DNA of 32,000 nt from Oscillospiraceae bacterium (GTDB lineage: Bacteria > Bacillota > Clostridia > Oscillospirales > Ruminococcaceae): the NCBI GenBank assembly GCA_025757985.1, contig CP107210.1:1476774-1508773 (forward strand). Reading direction: 5' to 3'. The notes below the pieces were generated by a model that had not been told where the DNA came from, ran no database searches, and was given only the letters and a program-made list of their open reading frames with translations. Positions 1 to 9,300 of the stretch are shown here, piece after piece (positions within the stretch are counted from its first letter, which is position 1; each line of letters opens with the position of its first letter). The position numbers and the translations under genes are program-made.

Positions 1-14
1 CATTATACGATCAA

Positions 15-383
15 ATGTCTGACGAAGAAAAGAATGAGAATAGCGTTCTGAAGGGGCGCTTCACCAAGTACATTACGCGGCGGCTGGAGTGGCAAGCAAT
101 TCGCTATGCTGCCCATAAGAGGAAAAGTATTGTAACGATTTCACTTGATAATATTCTGGATGAGCCTCAAGATGAGCGTGCTGCCGAGATGTTCCGTGAA
201 GTGGAAATCGAAGTGGCGCTTCAGCAGGGATTGCAGCGTTTGAAGCAGGAAGAAAAAGAACTGCTGGTGTATCTCTTGGCGCTGGATATAGGCAAAATCG
301 CATTGCAAATTGATTGCTCTGTATCGAACGTCTACCGTAAGCGGAGGCGCCTTTCGAATAAGTTGGAAGGATTAAAAGGGTGA
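15..383 (+). CDS. Sigma-70 family-like small regulator (region 4 HTH), of the kind found in ICE regulatory modules
   Basis: The 122-aa ORF has a C-terminal HTH-like stretch, LLALDIGKIALQIDCSVSNVYRKRRRLSNKL. It sits at the orf7-like position of Tn916-type elements. Confidence 0.55.
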   Translation: MSDEEKNENSVLKGRFTKYITRRLEWQAIRYAAHKRKSIVTISLDNILDEPQDERAAEMFREVEIEVALQQGLQRLKQEEKELLVYLLALDIGKIALQIDCSVSNVYRKRRRLSNKLEGLKG

Positions 384-390
384 CGGTGCA

Positions 391-648
391 ATGAATAGTT
401 TTGATGAGCACTTTAAGGGCGCTAAAAATCATAATCAGGAGGACTTGAAGTGGTTGCTTTCCTGCTATTATGGGACGATGATGAACCTGTGCAACGAGTA
501 CAGCTATTTTGGTGATGAGGATTTGTTCGGTCTCATGCTGGAGTGGTTTTGGTGGGACTTCAATAAATTTTCCATCTATGCGGAAACTGATAAACAGGTA
601 CATAAACGTAAAAGAGGCCACTATGAAGAAAAGCGGAAGTGGCGGTAA
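391..648 (+). CDS. Hypothetical small protein at the orf8-like position, basic C-terminus
   Basis: The 85-aa ORF starts 8 nt after the sigma-like gene. I recognised no motif. Confidence 0.35.
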   Translation: MNSFDEHFKGAKNHNQEDLKWLLSCYYGTMMNLCNEYSYFGDEDLFGLMLEWFWWDFNKFSIYAETDKQVHKRKRGHYEEKRKWR

Positions 649-740
649 TAGCATATAGGCAAATATGTTGGTCTGAGCGCTGAATATCTGTTGCAAAGAG
701 GTTTTGTAATAATGTCTTCCAATGTTGGACATATTTTAAG

Positions 741-767
741 GTGATAAATATCACTTTGTTAAGTGAT
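741..767. promoter_or_regulatory. Overlapping palindromes giving three GTGAT/ATCAC half-sites, a possible operator
   Basis: GTGATA-AA-TATCAC lies at 741-754 and ATCACTT-TGTT-AAGTGAT at 750-767. Both sit immediately upstream of the predicted -35 at 772. Confidence 0.35.
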
Positions 768-771
768 GCTG

Positions 772-800
772 TTGACGTTTGACAGAAAATTTAATATGAT
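772..800 (+). promoter_or_regulatory. Sigma-A-type promoter candidate for the BlaI-like gene
   Basis: TTGACG (772-777), a 17-nt spacer, then TATGAT (795-800). It lies about 30 nt upstream of the ATG at 832. Confidence 0.45.
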
Positions 801-831
801 AAACATATACAGCATTTATTGGGGGCAAATT

Positions 832-1188
832 ATGGAAAATACTAGACCATTTCATATCACGAAAGCGGAAGATCAGATTATGAACATCCTTTGGAGCGTT
901 AAGGAGCCATTATCTCAGCAACAAATTGTGATGGTGGCATCTGATAGCGGAGAGATGACATTTAAGGAACGATCCATTTTTACGTTACTAAATGGGCTGA
1001 TGGATAAGGGAATGGTTCAAGAGGCTGGTTTTGTCCGTAGTGGTAAGACATACGCAAGAACTTTTCAGCCTACGATGACCCGCCCAGAATGGTATGCCAA
1101 TGCTGTTTACAATTCTCTTGATGGAAAAGAAGCAAACGAGTTTTTACACATACTGCGGCGGCTCTTGAAAGAAGAACCAACTGAATAA
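832..1188 (+). CDS. BlaI/MecI/CopY-family winged-helix transcriptional repressor, orphan (no BlaR1-like sensor nearby)
   Basis: The N-terminus ITKAEDQIMNILWSVKEPLSQQQIV is typical of the penicillinase-repressor family. The size is about 118 aa from the ATG at 832, which is preceded by GGGGG at 821-825. The ORF-track start at 763 lacks an RBS. Confidence 0.65.
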   Translation: MENTRPFHITKAEDQIMNILWSVKEPLSQQQIVMVASDSGEMTFKERSIFTLLNGLMDKGMVQEAGFVRSGKTYARTFQPTMTRPEWYANAVYNSLDGKEANEFLHILRRLLKEEPTE

Positions 1189-1195
1189 GAGCATT

Positions 1196-1228
1196 GCCCT
1201 CTTCTCTTAGGGAGGAGAGGGCTTTTTA
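1196..1228 (+). terminator. Rho-independent terminator after the BlaI-like gene
   Basis: An 11-bp stem pairs GCCCTCTTCTC (1196-1206) with GAGGAGAGGGC (1212-1222) around a 5-nt loop, followed by TTTTT (1223-1227). Confidence 0.75.
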
Positions 1229-1381
1229 TATGTAGTAACGCCTGATATTGATTTGTCAAATATATGCATAATGCCGAAATGATGAAATTACTGCTGAAAG
1301 TACAGACTATCGGACTGTCAAAAAGGTAGAATGTATATAGGCATAGAAAAAGCATCGTGGCGAATAATGAAGCATTTTGCG

Positions 1382-1410
1382 AAATATGTCAAATAACAGA
1401 TGACATATTT
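1382..1410. promoter_or_regulatory. Perfect 10-bp inverted repeat, a candidate operator overlapping the BREX promoter -35
   Basis: AAATATGTCA (1382-1391) and TGACATATTT (1401-1410) are separated by 9 nt. The right arm overlaps the -35 hexamer. Confidence 0.4.
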
Positions 1411-1428
1411 ATTGAAATTTGCTATAAT
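1400..1428 (+). promoter_or_regulatory. Sigma-A-type promoter candidate for the BREX operon
   Basis: ATGACA (1400-1405), a 17-nt spacer, then a consensus TATAAT (1423-1428). It lies about 120 nt upstream of brxA. Confidence 0.5.
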
Positions 1429-1545
1429 TGCATTAGTGTAATTAGCAATATTTGAGTGATATGATACATGACCGATTCTGTATTGGCGGCAGTTTGTTGT
1501 ACACAGTGATGATTTCGACTATTATGACCATTGTGAGAGTGCTTT

Positions 1546-2151
1546 ATGGGTGGAATGAAAGATAAAGAACGCTTTTCTGCTGGGCTGGTTTCAAAACCGT
1601 TTTGGTTTTATGAATATAAGACCTACGCGGAACAATTGAATAAAGGATATACGACGGAAGAAATAAAAGCACAGGCTCTACAGATGAACTTGTTTCCGGC
1701 GGCAAAAGAATATCGCGTTAAAGAAATTCTCTCCTGCGTATCACGCCGAGTAATGCAATTCGAGCCAGAGTGGCGAGATGTTTTTATGCAACAGAGTATT
1801 TCTGGTCAAAAGCTGATGGTGTTGTTGTCAATTATGGCTGATGACAAACTGTTTTTTATGTTTATGTACCGGACATACAGGGACAAACTGATTATCGGTG
1901 CAGATCGTTTGGAATCTAGCGAAGTACTATCCTTCTTTAGGCTTATGCAGAACGCATCTGAGGAAATAAGTCAATGGAAGGATACTACAATTCGGAAGCT
2001 GTCCCAGTCGTACCGTAGACTGCTCAATGATGCAGGGCTTCTTATGGGTGAAAAAATCATTCCACCCCTGCCAAGTGTAGCGGTAAAGCGTTATCTGAAA
2101 GAGCATGATATGAGTGCATACTTACAAGCCATCACAGGAGCAGATGAATGA
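1546..2151 (+). CDS. brxA: BrxA (DUF1819-type BREX protein)
   Basis: The roughly 200-aa ORF is first in an operon with the canonical brxA-brxB-brxC-pglX-pglZ order and sizes. Its stop overlaps the brxB start (ATGA at 2148-2151). The call rests mainly on position and size. Confidence 0.7.
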   Translation: MGGMKDKERFSAGLVSKPFWFYEYKTYAEQLNKGYTTEEIKAQALQMNLFPAAKEYRVKEILSCVSRRVMQFEPEWRDVFMQQSISGQKLMVLLSIMADDKLFFMFMYRTYRDKLIIGADRLESSEVLSFFRLMQNASEEISQWKDTTIRKLSQSYRRLLNDAGLLMGEKIIPPLPSVAVKRYLKEHDMSAYLQAITGADE

Positions 2152-2717
2152 ACACGGATCAGAAGTTAAATAAGCTCGATGACTTTCTACATACAATTTC
2201 CACAGAAACAACAACCGGACTCGGCGGTGAGGCTGGATATTATGTGTTCAGCTATGACCCAAAAGATGAAATGAAAGTCCGGCACTGGACTGCACGGGAA
2301 GTTGAAATGTTGCAAGAAAACCATCGGCCAGTGGTAGAGTTTGACCTCTATAAGATTATGACCACTCTGCTGGTAGATAAGCATCCCCGAAAAAAATATG
2401 AGGGGTTGGAGATGCGTTATGGTAGTATGACGCGCGTTGTCAACGCTGCTAATAGTGTATTGCACATCGGTCTGCCGATGGATCTTATGTTGAACTATAT
2501 TGTGGAACACATACCAAAAGAAGATTCTATCATTCTTCTAACAGGTGTAGGGAAATGCTACCCACTTCTGCGTTCGCACAAAATCTTGAATGACCTGCAT
2601 GATCGTCTGGCACAGGGAATCGTACTTATGATGTTCCCCGGCAAATACGAAGATGGTTATTTGTATCTCTTTGGAGAAGTAAAGGACGGCAACAATTACC
2701 GCGCGAAGCCTATCTAA
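2148..2717 (+). CDS. brxB: BrxB (DUF1788-type BREX protein)
   Basis: The 189-aa ORF is translationally coupled to brxA and sits directly upstream of the large P-loop ATPase. The call rests on position and size. Confidence 0.7.
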   Translation: MNTDQKLNKLDDFLHTISTETTTGLGGEAGYYVFSYDPKDEMKVRHWTAREVEMLQENHRPVVEFDLYKIMTTLLVDKHPRKKYEGLEMRYGSMTRVVNAANSVLHIGLPMDLMLNYIVEHIPKEDSIILLTGVGKCYPLLRSHKILNDLHDRLAQGIVLMMFPGKYEDGYLYLFGEVKDGNNYRAKPI

Positions 2718-2743
2718 AGGAACGCGTAATGGGAGGAACCGAT

Positions 2744-5700
2744 ATGAATATTGGTCAGATGTTTGCGAAACCAATCAACCGTGACATTAAACCGGTTGTT
2801 AAACCCGGTCAGGTTGATGACGCCACCGTCAAACTGGAACTTCAGGAATATGTTGTGACGCAGGAACTCCAAAAGCACTTTGCGGAATTTTTCTCAAATT
2901 ATCGTTTGGGCATTGGGGCCAATACCGACCGCATTGGTGTCTGGATCTCCGGCTTCTTCGGAAGTGGTAAATCGCACTTTCTGAAGATGCTTTCCTATCT
3001 GATCGATGATGATGAGGTTGACGGCAAGCCAGCGCTCGACTATTTCATCGAGGACAACAAAATTGAAAGCCAAAAGGTGTTGGATGACATCCGTGCTGCC
3101 GAAAGCGTTGACACTGATGTTATCCTGTTTGACATTGCCTCCAAGAGCCGCACCAGCAGTGCAGCCAAGCGCGATGTCATCACAATGGTGTTTCTCCGTG
3201 CTTTCAATGAAAAGTTGGGCTATTCCTACCAGTATCCCCGTATGGCCGATTTAGAGCGTAAGCTGGATGCAGAGGGGAAACTCGAAAAATTCCGTGAGCG
3301 TGTTTGCGAGCTAACCTTTGAAAATTGGGAAGATGCTGTAGCCGGTATTGATATTGAGCAGGATGCTTTTGTTCAGGCGATGGTTGAGCAGGGTATTATG
3401 AGTGAGGATGCTGCTCGCAGCTGGTGTGACCGCGTAGGTGAAGAATACAGCATCAGCACTGAAGATTTTGCTAAGCTCGTGCAAAAGCATATTGAACGCA
3501 AGGGCAACGACCATCATGTTGTTTTCTGCGTTGATGAGGTCGGCCAGTACATTGGTGATGATTCCAATATGATGCTGGATCTCCAAGCGCTGGAGCATGA
3601 CTTGGCGGGCAAATGCAAAGGCAAAGCGTGGATGCTCGTCACGGCGCAGGAAGCCATCGACAAGATTCAAGTTGTCAATGCAGTAGACTTCTCTAAAATT
3701 CAGGGGCGTTTTGATACGCGCCTGTCCTTGTCCTCCAGCGATGTGGCGGAGGTCGTTAAAAAGCGTATTCTGAAGAAGAACGCCGCAGCACAGGCAGAGT
3801 TGGAATCCATTTATCCCCAGAAAGTGGATGCCTTAAACACTATCGTCAAATTCTCCGGTGATATGCCGGAAATGAAACTTTACGAAAGCGCGGCAGATTT
3901 TGCGGACGTATATCCGTTTGTACCCTATCAGTTTAACCTGTTAGGTAAAGTATTGGATGCGGTTCGCCTGTTCAGCAGCCCCGGCAAGAACAGCTCCTAT
4001 GGTGAGCGTTCGATGCTGAGTATGTATCTGAGCACTTCCAAAAGAATCCAGAACGAGGAAGAAGGCATTCTGGTTCCCTTCAGCGCGTTCTATCAGGGAA
4101 TTTCGACACTGGTTGACCACGAGACCTCCATTGCAATTACCAACGCTCTGCGGAACAATTATCTGAACCCGGACCGCGAAGAAATCTGCTTCGAGGTCGA
4201 AGTGCTCAAAGTCCTGTTCATGGTTAAGAATGTTCAGGAGTTTAAGGCTCCCACCGTGCAGAACATTGCAACGCTGATGGCCTCCCGGATGGACGAGGAC
4301 CGCTACCAGCTGGAAAAGCGCGTTGAGATTGCCCTGAAAAAACTGGTACAGCAGCAACTGGTGCAGAACCTCGGTGATAACTACATTTTCCTGACCAACG
4401 AGGAGCAGGAAGTCAACCGTGAAATCGCACAGCGTCAGGTTGAAGATTCCGAGATGAACCGTGAGCTGGCTTCTCTGATTTTTGATGAGAACTACCGCGC
4501 GGACAAGTACCGCTATCCCTATTTGAACGGCAGATACACCTTCGGCTTCAACCGCAAGATTGACGAATACGATGCCCTCTCCCGCCCGGACAATGCCGTT
4601 ACCGTCAAGATCATTACTTCGCGCGGCGATGATGCAGACGAGAACCGCTTGAAGATGCTTTCTGCCGGTGAAAGCGGCGACCACACGATTTTTGTGCTGC
4701 TGCATGATGACACCCGCCTGAACAATGAGCTGCGGACCATGTTGCAGATTCAGAATTATCTGCGCAGCGGCACCGCCGGTCGTATTACCAAGTACCGGAC
4801 GATTTGCGATGCCAAACAGGAGGAAGTCGAGGAACGCCGCCAGAACGTTAAAGTATTCTTAAAGCAGGCCCTCACGGAAGCGGATATTTTCGTGTACGGC
4901 ACAAAGCTGCCCGGCAGCTCCCGCGACTTTGAAACCCGCCTGAACGATGCCTTTAAGCAGCAGGTGGAGCGCCTGTTCAACCACCTGACGGATATTGATA
5001 AGGCCGTATCAGAGCAGGATATTGGCAAGCTGTTCGCCGATATTGGGCAGTTGCACATGAGTGGTGCCGGTACCAATAACAGCCGCGCGCTGGAAGATAT
5101 TCGCACCAAAATTGAGCGCAATTCTATGGCGCATACGGTCACTTCCCTGAAAACACTGCTGAACATTTTCACGAAAGAACCGTATGGATTCCTGCCGGTG
5201 GATGTGGAATGGCTTGTTGCACAGCTGTTTGTGGACGGCATTCTGACGCTGACGATGAACCATGAACAAATCAGCGCCGGCAGCAGAAACCCGCAGGAGT
5301 TCCAGCGTCTGTTTACGAGGGTGGAATTCCAAGAACGCCTGCTGTGCGATATTCGCAAGCACGCCACGGACAAGCAGAAACGCCTTGTCCGCGATATGAT
5401 GCGCGACCTGTTCAATAAGGGCGTTTCGTCTGACGATGACGAGGATTTGATGCATGAGCTGCAAAGCGAATGCGATAAAATGCTTCGCAGTCTGAATGAA
5501 CAGAAGTCGGCTTACGAAAGAGAGCCTTATCTGCCCGGCAAAACCACGGTGCAGGCTGGCGAAGCGCTGATGCTGGCGCTTACCATTCCGACCAATACGG
5601 ATGCTTTCTATACCGCGTTGGAGGATGAGCAGGATAACTACCGCGATTTCAAGGAATCGTATGAGTACCTGCGGGACTTTTTCAACGGGGGGCAGATCAA

Positions 5701-6361
5701 AAACTTCCGCGAAGCCCATGCAGCCGTTGAACTGTACAAAAACAACCAGAGCCAGATTCACGATGACGAAGTGAAAAAGGCTGCGGATGCCATGAGCAAG
5801 ATTCTGGCGATGGCAGAACCCTACGAAAAAATCCGCACCCTGTCTACCCTGCGCAGCGAGTTTATGGACAAGTACAATGCGCTGAAAGCGCAGGAAATTG
5901 CCCCGGCCAAGGATTATGTGGCAGGCTGCTATGACCGTATTCTCCAGTATCTTGACACCGACCAGTGCAAGCAGCGCTTCCAGTCGGCGGTGGAAGCCGA
6001 ACGCGATGCGGCGGTGAGCAAGGTTGAAAATGTACAGAACCTGAATGATCTGGTGCTGCTGAAAGCCGATGCAAATACAAATAAGATTCAGTGGTTCAAC
6101 AAAATCGACGACTACAAGAACGCGCAGCAGCCGGTGGTGCCTACACCGTCTCCATCCAGCAATCAAGGTGGTACGGCTCCCGCGCCGGTTCAGCCTACGC
6201 CGGTGGTTCGCCGCCGCGTTACGGTCAGCATTCAGGACGTGACACCGGCATCGTGGCAGATCAATACCACGGCAGAGCTGGACGATTACATTGAAAAGCT
6301 GCGCCGTGCGTTGGAGCAAAAGCTGAGCAATGGCGATACCTTGAACGTGGATATTTGGTAA
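2744..6361 (+). CDS. brxC: BrxC/PglY large P-loop ATPase
   Basis: The Walker A motif GFFGSGKSHF lies near the N-terminus and DEVGQY serves as Walker B. The protein is about 1205 aa. The start at ATG 2744 follows GGGAGG (2731-2736). A Pro-rich linker sits near the C-terminus. Confidence 0.88.
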   Translation: MNIGQMFAKPINRDIKPVVKPGQVDDATVKLELQEYVVTQELQKHFAEFFSNYRLGIGANTDRIGVWISGFFGSGKSHFLKMLSYLIDDDEVDGKPALDYFIEDNKIESQKVLDDIRAAESVDTDVILFDIASKSRTSSAAKRDVITMVFLRAFNEKLGYSYQYPRMADLERKLDAEGKLEKFRERVCELTFENWEDAVAGIDIEQDAFVQAMVEQGIMSEDAARSWCDRVGEEYSISTEDFAKLVQKHIERKGNDHHVVFCVDEVGQYIGDDSNMMLDLQALEHDLAGKCKGKAWMLVTAQEAIDKIQVVNAVDFSKIQGRFDTRLSLSSSDVAEVVKKRILKKNAAAQAELESIYPQKVDALNTIVKFSGDMPEMKLYESAADFADVYPFVPYQFNLLGKVLDAVRLFSSPGKNSSYGERSMLSMYLSTSKRIQNEEEGILVPFSAFYQGISTLVDHETSIAITNALRNNYLNPDREEICFEVEVLKVLFMVKNVQEFKAPTVQNIATLMASRMDEDRYQLEKRVEIALKKLVQQQLVQNLGDNYIFLTNEEQEVNREIAQRQVEDSEMNRELASLIFDENYRADKYRYPYLNGRYTFGFNRKIDEYDALSRPDNAVTVKIITSRGDDADENRLKMLSAGESGDHTIFVLLHDDTRLNNELRTMLQIQNYLRSGTAGRITKYRTICDAKQEEVEERRQNVKVFLKQALTEADIFVYGTKLPGSSRDFETRLNDAFKQQVERLFNHLTDIDKAVSEQDIGKLFADIGQLHMSGAGTNNSRALEDIRTKIERNSMAHTVTSLKTLLNIFTKEPYGFLPVDVEWLVAQLFVDGILTLTMNHEQISAGSRNPQEFQRLFTRVEFQERLLCDIRKHATDKQKRLVRDMMRDLFNKGVSSDDDEDLMHELQSECDKMLRSLNEQKSAYEREPYLPGKTTVQAGEALMLALTIPTNTDAFYTALEDEQDNYRDFKESYEYLRDFFNGGQIKNFREAHAAVELYKNNQSQIHDDEVKKAADAMSKILAMAEPYEKIRTLSTLRSEFMDKYNALKAQEIAPAKDYVAGCYDRILQYLDTDQCKQRFQSAVEAERDAAVSKVENVQNLNDLVLLKADANTNKIQWFNKIDDYKNAQQPVVPTPSPSSNQGGTAPAPVQPTPVVRRRVTVSIQDVTPASWQINTTAELDDYIEKLRRALEQKLSNGDTLNVDIW

Positions 6362-6394
6362 GGATTTTCCGACAACAACGAAAAGAGGAACACT

Positions 6395-9300
6395 ATGGAA
6401 AAGGCATCCCTTAAAAAATTTGCGGTGGACGCCCGCCGCAAGTTGATCGAAGATGTTAAATTCCAGCTGGGGCTGTATGGCATTACGGAAAACGGCATTC
6501 TGGAGCCGCAGACCGGCACGGACAGTGCGCTGATTTTTGACCTTGGCAACGGCAATACGCAGACCATCAAGGGTGAGCGCTATGTGAAGCAATACCGCAA
6601 TCTGGTGGAGCATCTGCGCGGATTTTACGGTGCTGCCAACACCAAGCAGCAGCTTGACCAGTTTGCGGAGGAAATGGCCTACACATGGTTCAACCGCTTG
6701 ATTGCCATCCGCTTTATGGAGGTCAACCGCTATATCCCGGTGCGTGTTCTTTCCAGCGAAATCAAGGGGCAGAATCTGCCGGATCTGGTTAAGTCTCCTT
6801 TCGCTGGCGATTTGGAGTTTGACGAGAACGAAAAACAGCAGATTTTTGCCTTGCAGGATGCGAACAAGGAGGATGACCTTTTCCGCTTCTTGTTCTTCAA
6901 GCAGTGCAATGATTTGAACCGCATCCTGCCCTATCTGTTTGAAAATCTAAATGGCGATGACAGCTTTTCGGAACTGCTGGTTGTTTTGAGCTTCAATGAC
7001 CCCAACGGTGTGGTTTACCGCTTGGTCCATGATATAGACGAAGCGTGGTTTGATATTCACGCCAAGGGCGATGACGGTAATCCTGTCGGTCAGGTACAGG
7101 TTATTGGCTGGATGTACCAGTATTACAACACCGATCCCAAAGACAAGGTGTTTGCTGATTTGAAAAAGAATATCAAAATCAGCAAAGAGAACATTCCTGC
7201 CGCAACCCAGCTGTTTACCCCGGATTGGATCGTGCGCTACATGGTCGAAAACAGCCTTGGCCGCTTATGGTATGAGGGACACCCGGACTTTGATAAATCC
7301 GAGTGGAAATACTATCTGGATGAAGCGCAGCAGGAACCGCAGGTGGAGCAGCAGCTTGCAGAGATTCGCGCCCGATATGCCAACATTGAGCCGGAACAGC
7401 TGAAAGTCATTGACCCCTGCATGGGCAGCGGCCATATTTTGTGCTATCTGTTTGATGTGCTGATGCAGATTTATCTGGACAATGGCTACTCCCGCCGTGA
7501 GGCTGTGCGCTCTATTCTGGAAAACAACCTTTTTGGTCTGGACATTGACAAGCGCGCGGCACAGATTGCCTATTTTTCTGTGATGATGAAAGCGCGTGAG
7601 TATGACAGCGGCTTCTTTGACCGCAGCAAGATTCCGCAGCCCAAGGTGTATGATATTAAGGAGAGCAACGGTATCAACCGCAACCAGCTGAAATTCTTCG
7701 GCAATGGGCTTTCTGACTTTGAGCGCAATGAGGCGCGCTTGCAGCTGGAAGGGCTGCTGGATACGCTGACAGATGCAAAAGAGTACGGCTCCATTCTGAA
7801 TATGGGCAGTTATAACTGGGACTTGCTGCGCAGCTGCGCGGATGTTGCCGGTGAAGATGCGCAGGTTTCGATGGAAAGTGTCGGACTAGAAAAAACTGTG
7901 GCTAGGCTGAAGCCATTAATTAATATTGGCGAAGCCATGGGCCAAAAGTATGATGTGGTCGTGACGAATCCGCCTTACATGGGGGGAAATTACTCCCCGG
8001 CACTTAGCAGTTATCTTAAAAAGAACTACTCGAATTCAAAAGCAGATTTGTTTGCGGTTTTTGAAGAACGCTGTATGGAGATGACTCGCGAAAAAGTCTC
8101 CATGGTTACACCGGAATCATGGATGTTTTTATATACCTACTTGGGCATCAGAGAAAATATATTCAATAATTTCATTATCGAGAATATTGTTCATCTTGGA
8201 TTTAAGGCTTTTGATTGTGGCTTTGGAACAGCAGCCTTTGTGTTGGATAAACACAGGGTTAATGATTTCAAGGGAAAATACGACCGACTTGTGGGTTATG
8301 CAACAGCCGAAGAAAAGCAATTGAATTTCAATAACGCAAAAGATGTTTACGTGTCTTCAAATGAAATCTTTCGACAACTCCCCAATAAAATACTTGCATA
8401 CTGGTGCAAAGAATCGTTTGCAAATGTCTTGGGTCACACTGCACCATTAGGAAATAGTGTTGAGTTAAATCCGGGAATAAAAACGGGAAATAACGATTTG
8501 TTTTTACGCTTGTGGTATGAAGTAGCGAAAAAGAAGACCGCATCAAAACCAACGCTACAAAGTCTTTCGACGAGTAAAAACAAGTGGTATTACTATAATA
8601 AGGGCGGCGGCTATCATAAGTGGTATGGTGGCTATGAGCACGTTGTAGATTTTGAAAATAACGCACTTAATATTCGAGCAACCATTAGTAGGGATACTTA
8701 TCGGCTTCGAAATCCTGAAAATTATTTTGTAAAGGGAATTTTGTGGCCTCTTATTGGTAGTGATAAGTTTAGCTGCAGATATTTACCGGAAAATGTACTT
8801 AGTGATGTTGCGTCAAACACTATATTTTTCCATCGCGATTTCAATTATAACGTGATGGCGTTTATGAACTCATCTGTATTCAATTTGATATTGAATATGA
8901 TAAACCCGACTGTTAGTTATCCGATTGATAGTATTTGGAAAGTGCCATATAAAAGCGAGAAAAGGCTAAATACAGATGATATTGTCAGACAAAATATAGA
9001 CCTTGCAAAATCTGATTGGGACTCTTTCGAAACATCGTGGGACTTTGCCGAGCATCCGCTTGTAAAATGGTCACATGACCTGTGGGATTGTACGTCCATC
9101 GCCGCCACGATGGACTACTATTACAACGGCGAGCGCCCCGAAGTCTCCTGCCCGGTGGAGCTGTGCTATATGCTCTGGCAGGGCGAGTGCAATGACCGCT
9201 TCGCCAAGCTCAAAGCTAACGAGGAAGAACTCAACCGCATCTTCATCGACATCTATGGATTGCAGGATGAACTGACCCCCGAAGTCGAGGATAAGGACGT

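Noticed and set aside
5009-6613. A long antisense ORF of 534 aa, and similar minus-strand ORFs opposite BREX genes at 3941-4705, 4756-5415, 9071-9883, 10791-11372, 11376-12035, 12774-13376 and 13428-14198.
   Set aside because: They lie opposite ORFs that carry clear catalytic motifs and occur only in GC-rich stretches, where stop codons are rare. Their products are low-complexity (rich in R, A, L, H and Q) with no motifs. They are shadow ORFs.
7981-7986. A G6 run immediately after the NPPY codons of pglX, considered as a phase-variation tract like the poly-G tract reported in Streptomyces pglX.
   Set aside because: Six residues is short for efficient slipped-strand switching, and the frame is intact here. 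It is worth remembering only if population data show length variation.
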